DNA of 64,000 bases from Armatimonadota bacterium (GTDB taxonomy: Bacteria; Armatimonadota; UBA5829; DSUL01). Under the pieces are notes generated by a model. The model searched no databases. It was given only the letters and a program-made list of their open reading frames with translations, and had not been told where the DNA came from. Location: contig JBDHZC010000002.1 in NCBI GenBank assembly GCA_039811685.1, positions 128,001 through 192,000 of the forward strand. Direction: 5' to 3'. Shown here piece after piece: positions 27,099 through 36,280 of this stretch (position 1 is its first letter; every line of letters starts with the position of its first letter). The translations under genes were made by a program, and so were the position numbers.

Positions 27099-30000
27099 TC
27101 AGTCGACAAAGTGAAGATGCACTCTTACTCGCTGGCCAAACGGCCCGCGGTCGACGCAGAGCATCCGCAGTGCAAGCTCTGATTCGATAAGCCCTTCTAT
27201 ACTGAGCTCCTGTACCGCAGACTCCTTCAAAGCAGGCACGTCGGCGCTCAAAGGCTTGCTGCCACTGTTATGAGCGTTTGTGTATCCGACGACTACGCTG
27301 CCCGTCTCTTCCCCGGCCAGCCAGGTTGCCTCCCCAGAATTAGTCAACGTTACCCTGAACTTGACTGGTTGGCCCGTGCGTACGTCAACAACTCCGTGAA
27401 GACCGTCCTGCCAGGACCCGTCCGCGGCTTGGACCTGCACGTCACTGATCTCGGCATTCAGATACTTCGGCGGATTGTCCTTTGTCCACGGTGTCCCTCC
27501 TACGGCGATGGCAGGGCAACAGCGACTGTCCGTTCCAGTCCCCGCCGTTTTGCACACCAGCCGACGCCCTTTCTTGAGCCCCGCAAGATAGTTGTCCCGA
27601 GCCTCAGCCCAGACACCGGCATAACCACTCACAAATCTATCCCGGTCGATTACAATAGCCCCATCCGCCGCCGGGAGTGCCAGCGCTTTGTCCGCCTTGC
27701 CAGACCAGTGTTGAATCACCTGCCCCGCCGGGCGCGGTTGCCCGTCCTGGCGGACAATGCCGTAGTCACTGTTTTCATCTACGCGCAGGCCAGACGGGAA
27801 CCACCAGGCCGCCGATCCATTCGCGTGCGAGCGCGTGAAGAGGTCATAGCTGCGCTCAAAATGTAGCGCCTGCCGCGCCAGAGTGTCAGGGTCGTCCGTG
27901 TCCGGCCACACGCTCTGACCGTACTCAGCCCAGAAGACTGGCTTTCCTCCCGAGACAAAACGGGCGTACTCAGTCGTGAAGCCACCGGCGAGATAGTTGT
28001 CCAACTCGCCGACGATGCCGTATCCCTCCGGTGAAATGAAGTCTAGATGCGCAGCGCCACTTGCAAGGTCCAGTGGCATCGCTGCCGCGATCGCCATCTG
28101 CCCAGTACCTCCATACCCGGTTCGCGCACCCAGCATGTGGTTTGGATCGAGTGAGCGAATCAGTCGCGTGATTTGTCCGTATCCGCGGCTAACCATGTCA
28201 TCTACAAAGCGGCGGTACGCAGCTACCATCTTCTGCCAGGGCCCATCGGTGATAAGCTGGTCGTCTGTGGGAGAGGATAGGACGCCCGCGGCAGGGCTTC
28301 CACTGGAAAAGCCCCAGTCGTTTTGTGCTCGCGCAAGGCTCCCGTACTGCTCCTCAACCCACTCAGTCCACTGCGAATCAAAACGTCTGCGTTGGTCCTG
28401 TCGGCCGAGATTTGGCTCCCATGCGAGATCGTAAGCAAAAACCTGCGGATTATCTTTGAGCCCAGGGGTTGACACCATTTTCTTGACCAGGTCCAGATTT
28501 GGAGACAGAGGATTGGCGCCCTCAAAGAAGATATTTACGAAAATGTGATGCAGCCGGCAGCGTTCGAGGAAGTCGACGAGCTGTGGACCGTCGCCCGGAC
28601 GCAGATACTGGATGCTGACAACGTTGACGCGCAACGCTTGCAGAACACCCAGATCCCTTTCGATGATCGCGGGATCATAGCGCCCTGGACCCAGCCACGA
28701 ATGCTGAAACTCGCGGGGCTCGGTACCGGTGATGTAACGGGGAAAGTAGTTGACGCCATTTGCGAAGAATGGGCGTCCGCGATAAGTGAACTGTCCACCA
28801 TGCGCCTGAACGAAGTCTTTTGGATTATCGCCTGACACAGACAGTGCTTGGCTGATGATGTCGATCGGGCGACCGCCCGACAGGAGTACAGTCTTGAGCC
28901 GCGCAGGCCCTGACGTCAGGGTGTAAGGCACATCTGAGCTCTGCCATTTGCCTTCAGAGTGTCCGGCAATACTGAGGTCACCAGAAGCCAGTGGCCGCTC
29001 CGTCCCCTCCTGCAACAACATGGTCTGAATGCTGAGATGGGACGGGGAAGAGTTGAAGGCGCGCACGCACGCACCAGGCGACAGGCCACCGCTCGCACCG
29101 AGCGCGAACTCACCAACTCCCGCCGCACGCAGGAGCGGACCGGAAAACATGCGCGCTGTCAAATGAGCCGTCAGTTGAGCTATCTGCCTTCGCTGCTCCG
29201 GGGTCAGTGACTCAACATTCACGCCGATCCCCGCCCAGATACCTCCTTCGTACTCATCCGAAAAGTGAAGGTAGTACCACGCCGCTGTCCCGCGCCACTG
29301 GCCGTGGTCGTCATAGGCGTCTACAACAGGGATGAACCTGGCGTGCGGCAACCCACTCTCTTCATAGCCGACACCCCGGCTTCGCCAGATGGGCATCCAG
29401 CCATGGAGATCTCCCGTCAGGGTGAAGCTCTCCGGGATAACAGCCTGATCCGAGCGCGCGCTCATCCGGCGAACACCATCCATCTTGTACAATTTGTAAG
29501 ATGGGGACAGCGTCTGCAGTTTGGGCTGCTGGATGTTCTGCTCCGGCAGAGCGCTGGCTACGCCGATATTGCGCACCCACCAGAGATGCTCTCCGGGTGG
29601 CAATACCCCGAAGTTCTCCGCCAATCCGATGCACAGCGTCTTCGCATTGCGCAGATTCAGACGATCACCCGGGCCACCGCGACCGACGGAGTCGTTGTCA
29701 GACCAGTAATTGAAATCCGATGCGCTTAGCACATAGCGCTTCCATTTCTCAGTCACTCTCAGATCGGCTATCCAGCGCGATCCGTCTGTCTCCCGCCATT
29801 CCACATAGAGGCGCGGCGTGTGTTGGTCGCCGCGCGCTTCCAGCACTGTCAGGTCGAAGTGAGTAGGAACCTGTCCTTCGATGACCGGCGACTGATAGGT
29901 GTTCCACCCGTCAAGACGGGAGACGAAGCCAGCAAGCGCTCCGTCACGGATACTGAGGCGCTCATCAAACTCCGGGTGGTTTGTCGATCGCGCCCAATTG

Positions 30001-30455
30001 TGTTCGTCGCCAGCCTTGAACTCGAAAAGCAGCTTGGCGGGGGGCTTTTCTGCAGTCTTTTCGGCAGCCTCCGCAAGGCTTATCCACTGCCCTTCAGAGT
30101 GTACAAGTAGCGTGTCAAACGCAGGAGCGCCAACAGCCGTCAGGCAGCCACCCTCTTTGAGGTAGTGTGTAAGAGGGTCAAGCGCCGAAGCGGGGAAGCG
30201 GCGCGCGTCCGGCAGGACGAGAACGTCTGGATTTCCGGCTATCGCCTCAGTAAGCCCTTCTCTCTCCACTGAGCTGACCGCAATTCCAGCCTCCTCCAGA
30301 TGGGATCGAACACTGGCCGACCAGGCAGCGTCCGCGCTCTCCAGAAGGACTGCCCTGGCTCCACTCGCAGAGTTCACCGCCACAAGACACAGTAGACTAA
30401 TGATTAGGAAGCGAAACAAAAACAGGGTGTCCAACTCTTTGCGCCCTCCCGTCAA
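27099..30455 (-). CDS. Large secreted clan GH-A glycoside hydrolase (GH5/GH42-like) with CBM11-like and Ig-like domains
   Basis: Signal peptide; CBM-like VEWRETDGSRW..WKRY.L..SDF; GVNYFPR; YDLAWEP (acid/base); KPVFWAEYG (nucleophile); C-terminal 'LTNSGEATW' Ig-like domain. Confidence 0.75.
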   Translation of the reverse strand: MTGGRKELDTLFLFRFLIISLLCLVAVNSASGARAVLLESADAAWSASVRSHLEEAGIAVSSVEREGLTEAIAGNPDVLVLPDARRFPASALDPLTHYLKEGGCLTAVGAPAFDTLLVHSEGQWISLAEAAEKTAEKPPAKLLFEFKAGDEHNWARSTNHPEFDERLSIRDGALAGFVSRLDGWNTYQSPVIEGQVPTHFDLTVLEARGDQHTPRLYVEWRETDGSRWIADLRVTEKWKRYVLSASDFNYWSDNDSVGRGGPGDRLNLRNAKTLCIGLAENFGVLPPGEHLWWVRNIGVASALPEQNIQQPKLQTLSPSYKLYKMDGVRRMSARSDQAVIPESFTLTGDLHGWMPIWRSRGVGYEESGLPHARFIPVVDAYDDHGQWRGTAAWYYLHFSDEYEGGIWAGIGVNVESLTPEQRRQIAQLTAHLTARMFSGPLLRAAGVGEFALGASGGLSPGACVRAFNSSPSHLSIQTMLLQEGTERPLASGDLSIAGHSEGKWQSSDVPYTLTSGPARLKTVLLSGGRPIDIISQALSVSGDNPKDFVQAHGGQFTYRGRPFFANGVNYFPRYITGTEPREFQHSWLGPGRYDPAIIERDLGVLQALRVNVVSIQYLRPGDGPQLVDFLERCRLHHIFVNIFFEGANPLSPNLDLVKKMVSTPGLKDNPQVFAYDLAWEPNLGRQDQRRRFDSQWTEWVEEQYGSLARAQNDWGFSSGSPAAGVLSSPTDDQLITDGPWQKMVAAYRRFVDDMVSRGYGQITRLIRSLDPNHMLGARTGYGGTGQMAIAAAMPLDLASGAAHLDFISPEGYGIVGELDNYLAGGFTTEYARFVSGGKPVFWAEYGQSVWPDTDDPDTLARQALHFERSYDLFTRSHANGSAAWWFPSGLRVDENSDYGIVRQDGQPRPAGQVIQHWSGKADKALALPAADGAIVIDRDRFVSGYAGVWAEARDNYLAGLKKGRRLVCKTAGTGTDSRCCPAIAVGGTPWTKDNPPKYLNAEISDVQVQAADGSWQDGLHGVVDVRTGQPVKFRVTLTNSGEATWLAGEETGSVVVGYTNAHNSGSKPLSADVPALKESAVQELSIEGLIESELALRMLCVDRGPFGQRVRVHLHFVD

Positions 30456-30502
30456 TCACAATGCGAATAACCAGGCGTCCGAATCGCGCTGACGGCTACC
30501 AC

Positions 30503-30536
30503 AAAAAGCAAAAGAGGGCCTGCAATCAAGCCCTCT
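30503..30536 (-). terminator. Probable intrinsic terminator of the sigH-like gene
   Basis: Stem AGAGGGC / GCCCTCT with TTTGCTTTTT on the minus strand. Confidence 0.6.
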
Positions 30537-30610
30537 CGCTTTCAATTCGCTGTCCGCCCGGCCGGCTCACCCCTCTGAAGCCGCCATACGGCCGGATCTG
30601 TCACCAGGAC

Positions 30611-31300
30611 CTAAGCAGCCTGCTCTTCGTTCATAAGCCAGCTAACAGGAGTCCCGGCCACCTTGCGCTTTATGCGAGCTAACGCATTGTCCACACTCTT
30701 GGTGTTACAGTGTAGATCCGTGGCAATCTCACGGTAGCTCTTGCCCATTTGATAACCCGCCAGCACTCGCCATTCAAAGTCGCTGAGCATCTGGCGAAGC
30801 ATTGCCGACATGCGTCGGCTGTCTTCCCGGCGAAGAAGCAGCTCTTCCGGGTCTACCATATCCGGGGAGCAAAGCACGTCCGCCAGGCTCCATTCGCTGT
30901 CGGAGTCGTCCGCCGGATACTCCAGAGAAACCGAGGTGTTCAGCGGAGACTGCTTCTGGCGAGTAGCGGTCTTGATTGCGGTAATCACGTGGCGCTCTAT
31001 ACAGATGCGGGCAAAGGAGAGGAAGCTGATCTCCTTCTCTGAGCGATAGTCGATAATGGCCTGCCACAGACCAATCATACCGATCTGAAGCAGATCATCC
31101 TTCTCCGCGCCCATGAGAAAATAGGAGCGAACTTTAGTCCTAACCAGCCCGCGATACTTGTAGAGCAGATACTCCGACGCCTTTTCTTCGCCAGCCTGGG
31201 CCCTGTCCACTATCTCGCGGTCTGATAACTGCATATAGCGCGATCTGGTACAGGGAGACAAATCCTGCACGCGTACGTCCGCCATAAGCGTCTGTGCCAT
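30611..31300 (-). CDS. sigH: RNA polymerase sigma factor SigH (Spo0H-like)
   Basis: RSYFLMGAEKDDLLQIGMIGL, SF.SFA.ICI.R.VITAIKTATRQKQ.PLN, GKSY.EIA, KSVDNAL.RIKRK. Probable start ATG 31300. Confidence 0.92.
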   Translation of the reverse strand: MAQTLMADVRVQDLSPCTRSRYMQLSDREIVDRAQAGEEKASEYLLYKYRGLVRTKVRSYFLMGAEKDDLLQIGMIGLWQAIIDYRSEKEISFLSFARICIERHVITAIKTATRQKQSPLNTSVSLEYPADDSDSEWSLADVLCSPDMVDPEELLLRREDSRRMSAMLRQMLSDFEWRVLAGYQMGKSYREIATDLHCNTKSVDNALARIKRKVAGTPVSWLMNEEQAA

Positions 31301-32162
31301 GCTGCACGGTTCCTCGCAACAATCTGAGGTGGTGTGAAAGCCGCTGTCATTGTGAAAGCCGCCTCGACACTGCGGCATTATACAGCAGCGTCCAGTCCGT
31401 TTGCAATGCTTTGACGAAATAAATGACGACAGGGTAACGCAGCCTGACCAGACGCAACACGTTGGCGTCAAACGCCTGTTAGAAGTACTAGATTTGCCTC
31501 GCTTTGGTTGACCGGACTCTCAGAGCGTGGATATACTTAATAAAGAGCCCGTTCAAAGAGGCTCACGATCCCCATGCAACGCAGCGGCGGCAGCGCGCTC
31601 AAGCGCCCTGCGCCAGGAGAAAGGCTGCCACGGTGCAGCCGTTGCCTGTGAAAGCCGCGCGTCTTCAAACCGGACGGCGACCGTCAATTGGACGGCTGCG
31701 GTCCGCGTTGGTTGCCTGTGGTTCAGACTGACAGAGGGAGTTTCAAACGTCCGCGTGGAGGCAGACAAGAAAGTGAAGGTGGGGCGAGCCAGCAGAAGGA
31801 CTGGCCGTCGAAGCACCCGAGTCGTAAACCGCGCTGCCAGCAACGCGGATTCCCGCGGATGGGAAGGCATTCTGGCTCTGTTCTGCCTGACGCAGAAAGT
31901 TGACCGGGGCTATGTCCCCGGACCAGCCGATGTCATTCGTCCAGGAGACCGGCCTGCTCCTGTTGCCGATAGCCGCAAACCGGGCAGCGTCGCCTGAACC
32001 AGCGTCAGCCGTCCCACAGCGTCATGGACTGAGTTTGTCCAACCGCCACACTCACGCAGTGGCGCCGGGTCGCTGTCGCCGCATCCGCCAAACTTCCACC
32101 GCCTCCGGTCAGCCCGGCCGTTATCGCCGGAGCCAGAGCAAAGCCCAGCCGCATTAGAACCT

Positions 32163-35100
32163 TTGGTACAGCTTTTGACTCAAACTCAAAGCAGGCAACT
32201 GAAGCGCGCAGCCAGACCACCCTGGATCGTCATTCTCAGCACCGTGGTCTGCTTTCTCGTGCCTGCATGCGCAGAGGCGGCTGTCGGCATTTTCAACTGG
32301 TATCCGGTGCAATCCAGCCGCTACGTGACTGTTAATTACAGGCTGAACGCCGATGCGCTACACGGGCAGATCCGCATCCGCCGCGCCTCGGATAATCTGG
32401 TCATCCGCACTCTGCAACTGGCTCCTGAGGACCTGAGCCGCGGTCCGCATTCAGTCGTCTGGCTTGGGGACAGGGACACCGGCGGTTCCGCGCTAACCGG
32501 CAGCTACTATGCGGAGATTTTCGTAGCAGCAGCTCCTGTTACAGAAGACCCGGCTCGCCCGTTTCTGAATCGTCACGACCTGGGCTACTTTCCCGGGGCT
32601 CAGGCCCGCTACTCAGGCGTGGCGGTTGACACCAATCCGGCGAACAACAATCAAGTCAATCCAGAACTTTCTACGTATGGGCTCATCTACGCTGCCAATA
32701 TCGCTGATGCGCGCATTGAGGCGTACTATCCTGATCAGTGGGCAGACGTTCTGGTCTCTGGCTCTTCAATTCAGCCGAAACTAGCTTTCGACTCAAAAAC
32801 GACCGGTAATCAGCTTTCGCCCTGGGGCTTGAGCGTTGCGCCGGACGGCCGGATATTTTCAACAGCTCGTTCAGCCGGTCCCGGCCAGGGATTCTGGAAC
32901 TACAGCCCCGACGGCCTCTCATGGCATGTCGGACCGCAGAACACCGTGTCACAGGACACATTGGCTGTCGCGAATCCGGGGGGCGGAGCATTTCAGTTCC
33001 GATCCAGCGGAAACAGGATAGAGCGCGTTCAGGTCGCCACAGACCACACCTACCTCGACAGTCTACCGGGAGACTGGTCAAAGGTGGCGGACACTGTCCT
33101 GAGTGGCGCGGCTACCACTATCTTCGGATTCACTGCGGCGGGTGCGGGTTCTCTTCCGTCGCCGATGTGGACGACTCAGCCGGGCGCCAATCCATCCCTG
33201 CGGCGCTACACTGCGAACGGGAGTCTCTATAGCTATGATCCGGCATGGACGCTCCAACCCGGTCCGCTAACGCCGGGAGCGACGGCTGTGGGAGTGGCTG
33301 CCAGCCCGCTGGACCCAGCTTTGCTTGCGGTGGGATGCGAACGCTCTTCCAACAACCTTCTTCTGGTGCGAACAGACACTCAAAGTGTTCAACGCGCGTT
33401 CAAACCGGCTTCGTCCCTTGTGCGATCTGTAACTTTCGATCCCGTCGGCAACGTCGCTATGATTTCGGACGGCAGCTCGCGCTCAGGCCCTCAGGCGCGG
33501 CTCAGTGTCTTCTTCCCGGAAGATTCTGGATCATCGGACACCCGCGCCACTATATCATTCCAACACACTTTCGGAAGCGTCGCTCCAAAGGCGCTGAACG
33601 CAACTGTCAGCAAATCAGAACTCAAAGAGAATGACCAGGACTCACTCGATCTGAGCGTAGAAGTCTATGACGGCGATGGGATTGTCGATCACGCTGGAGC
33701 TCGAGCCGATCTCTCGCCCCTCGGCTATTCTTCTTCAGCTGTTATGGTGGCAGATGTCATCGTGTCTCCAACAACACGGCGCTATACACTCACTGGCATC
33801 CGCGCGAAAAGCACAACGCGCGCGGGACTGGTTCCCATCGTGATAACACCGCTGGACAAGACTGGTCCGGGTGCGCCAACGACTGTGATGGTGCGGATTG
33901 CCGGAGGCAGCATATCAGGAACAGTGCGGCACAAAGACGCGGGATTCACTATTGGAGGCGCTTCAGTCGTACTTCTTGACACACTCTCGGGAAACCGCTA
34001 CACCGCCACGACATCCAGGGCCGAGGGCACGCAGGGTCAGTTTCAGGTGGAGGTGAATCCGGGCAGCTACGACGTCTATGCTGAAAAGGCTTATTATGCG
34101 CTGGGCGATTATCTGAGCTCCATCAGTGTGAAACAGGATCAGGTGCGCCCATCAGTCAATCCGACGCTTAAGGCGACGTCTGTTGAGCTGGCGAAGGACG
34201 CGCCAGATGGCTCGGAGATTTGTCTGGAAGGCGTGGTCTGCGCTCAACCCGCAGGGGTCGGCCCGGCAGGCGGAGCGATTCCGGGTTTCAGCAATGACGA
34301 CGGGCGCAGTGCGTCCAAATGGTACATCCGTGACTTCACTCACACTGGCCGCGTAGAAGGCATCACTGTGATGGACGATGCGTTTCTACAGGGCTCAGTT
34401 CGTCCCTACAAAGGCCGTCAGGTGGTGGTGCAAGGTATCAAGCAAGCTCAGACCGGCTATGAGCCTGCGCTGATCAAAGTGCTGCATTTTCTCGACAAAG
34501 GACCGGCTTCCGGCTCAGTGCGGGCTGAAGAGCGCTCTCTGAGCGAGCTGGTGCGAATCAGCGGCTATGACGAGGAAGGCGATTGGGGGAGGCTTGTCAG
34601 AATCAGCCAGGCCACAGTCGTGCCAGGAAGCCAGAGAGACTCCGGCGGCGCTTATCTCTCTTTTCGCGTGACTGACCCGTCCACTTCGACTCCCTGGCTG
34701 GTGCGGGTCTGGAAAAGCGTTGGCGCGACTCTATCAAGCCTTCCGATGGACTACTCGGTATTTCCGCTGGAGGCCGTCGTCTCGCGCCTGGGCTACTTCG
34801 GAGAGAATGTGCTGGAGCCCAACGCTCTGCGAAGCCTGAGCGTTCCTGCGGCTGTGGTCAACTCTGTTGGAGAAGCCAAACAGCTCCACGACGGGCTGGA
34901 AGTGGACATTGCAGGGGGACAGGTTGTCACATATGCGCCATCAACCAACAGCAGCTTCTTCTATGTGGAGTCCGCCGACATGGCGGCCGGTATAAGAGTG
35001 GAGATATCTGGCGCAACCGCAGCTTCTGCGCCAGCGCCGCGGCCGGGGGAGGCGCTGAGCCTGCGCGGTACACTTGCCACACTGTCAAGTGGTGAGCGCG

Positions 35101-35489
35101 CGCTTCAAAACGCCGTGTACGCAGTTAGCGGAACAGGCTCCGTCCCGCCACTGAAGATGACCAACCGAACTGTTGGCGGAAAAGGCTACACGGATGGCAA
35201 CGGGGTTCCCTCAAGCAGCCTCAGCAATCAGGGCATGCTTGTACAAACCTGGGGCAAAGTGACCAGGGTGGACACCTCTTCCGGCTATTTTCTGTTGGAT
35301 GATGGCTCGCATGTGGATGCGGCAGACAGTGCGCCAGGCGTAAAGGTGCGCTGGACGGGTCTTATGCCCTCTGTTGGAGATCCGGTCACGGTGACAGGAG
35401 TCGTCAGTGCCGAAATGATCCAGGGAAAAATGATCAGAGTGCTCCTGGCGCTGGATCAGCCCTCTGCCGTGGTGCAACTGCTGCCTTGA
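32163..35489 (+). CDS. Large secreted/surface protein: FlgD-like Ig, beta-propeller, carboxypeptidase-regulatory-like and OB-fold-like repeats, shared C-terminal module
   Basis: Signal peptide ending AEA; V.YRL...IRTL...GPHSVVW.G..G.Y; GSISGTVR..GASV..GSYDV.A.KA.Y; C-terminus homologous to that of 36281-39409. Start uncertain. Confidence 0.8.
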   Translation: MVQLLTQTQSRQLKRAARPPWIVILSTVVCFLVPACAEAAVGIFNWYPVQSSRYVTVNYRLNADALHGQIRIRRASDNLVIRTLQLAPEDLSRGPHSVVWLGDRDTGGSALTGSYYAEIFVAAAPVTEDPARPFLNRHDLGYFPGAQARYSGVAVDTNPANNNQVNPELSTYGLIYAANIADARIEAYYPDQWADVLVSGSSIQPKLAFDSKTTGNQLSPWGLSVAPDGRIFSTARSAGPGQGFWNYSPDGLSWHVGPQNTVSQDTLAVANPGGGAFQFRSSGNRIERVQVATDHTYLDSLPGDWSKVADTVLSGAATTIFGFTAAGAGSLPSPMWTTQPGANPSLRRYTANGSLYSYDPAWTLQPGPLTPGATAVGVAASPLDPALLAVGCERSSNNLLLVRTDTQSVQRAFKPASSLVRSVTFDPVGNVAMISDGSSRSGPQARLSVFFPEDSGSSDTRATISFQHTFGSVAPKALNATVSKSELKENDQDSLDLSVEVYDGDGIVDHAGARADLSPLGYSSSAVMVADVIVSPTTRRYTLTGIRAKSTTRAGLVPIVITPLDKTGPGAPTTVMVRIAGGSISGTVRHKDAGFTIGGASVVLLDTLSGNRYTATTSRAEGTQGQFQVEVNPGSYDVYAEKAYYALGDYLSSISVKQDQVRPSVNPTLKATSVELAKDAPDGSEICLEGVVCAQPAGVGPAGGAIPGFSNDDGRSASKWYIRDFTHTGRVEGITVMDDAFLQGSVRPYKGRQVVVQGIKQAQTGYEPALIKVLHFLDKGPASGSVRAEERSLSELVRISGYDEEGDWGRLVRISQATVVPGSQRDSGGAYLSFRVTDPSTSTPWLVRVWKSVGATLSSLPMDYSVFPLEAVVSRLGYFGENVLEPNALRSLSVPAAVVNSVGEAKQLHDGLEVDIAGGQVVTYAPSTNSSFFYVESADMAAGIRVEISGATAASAPAPRPGEALSLRGTLATLSSGERALQNAVYAVSGTGSVPPLKMTNRTVGGKGYTDGNGVPSSSLSNQGMLVQTWGKVTRVDTSSGYFLLDDGSHVDAADSAPGVKVRWTGLMPSVGDPVTVTGVVSAEMIQGKMIRVLLALDQPSAVVQLLP

Positions 35490-35549
35490 GACACGCACAA
35501 CTCGACACACACTGGACGTCGAAATCGCGCATCTTTCACAAAAAGTCCG

Positions 35550-35578
35550 TTGACTCTACGCAGGGCAGACCGTATAAT
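35550..35578 (+). promoter_or_regulatory. sigma70-type promoter TTGACT-N17-TATAAT
   Basis: Near-perfect consensus and spacing, ~700 nt upstream of ATG 36281. Confidence 0.85.
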
Positions 35579-36280
35579 GTAATCGGTTGCACAGCTTTGG
35601 ACGGACACAGGCTCTGATCAATGCGCCGTTTCTGGGAAGATTCAATGGCGGTGGCGGTGGTAGAGCGAGACGGTGTTCATCCGGCGCTGTGCGCTGCAGT
35701 GTTGGAAAGACTGCGGCGCTTCCGGATATTCAGGCGTGCGCTATTCATGAGTCCCTGCGCTCAGCGGGCGGTCGTGAGTTGGCGTCAACTGGGCGAAAAT
35801 CCACGAAAATCTCGCTTTCTCCCCAGAGGTGTGGAATGACACCAGTAGATTACTCAGGGGATTTTGCAGGCGAATTGTGAAGCGGAACCGATTCCGCACC
35901 GAACAGAAGTGAGGTGCGGTAACGGGCGCGCCCATCCGGAAGCACGGGGTCGCCAGGCGAGAAGTTCTGAGGCTTGCAGGTCCAGAACAGGCGATTGGAA
36001 GACTCGCTCGGATAATAGCTATGTTTGCCGGGCAAAGGCTCTGCACTGAGTGATACGCGCTGTCTGCTGAAAAAGGCGGCGCATCTGGTGATTACGGGAA
36101 GTCAGAAACGGGTGACCGTGGCAGGCTCCTGATAGACCTTCAGCGAGGTCAGGGGGCGCATGCGCAGTCATCTGGCCAAACAGGTTCGTCACGGGAAGCG
36201 CGTCCGGATGTGCCTGGCAAATCAGAACACGTCCCGCGAGGTTCTGTTTCGCGAGACTCAGGTGAAGGAGGAGTTCAGTC

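Noticed and set aside
31330..32160. ORFs 31527..31997, 31553..31870 and others between sigH and the surface-protein gene
   Set aside because: Arg/Ala/Ser-rich low-information translations with no SD or recognisable domain. Treated as intergenic, though a small gene cannot be excluded.
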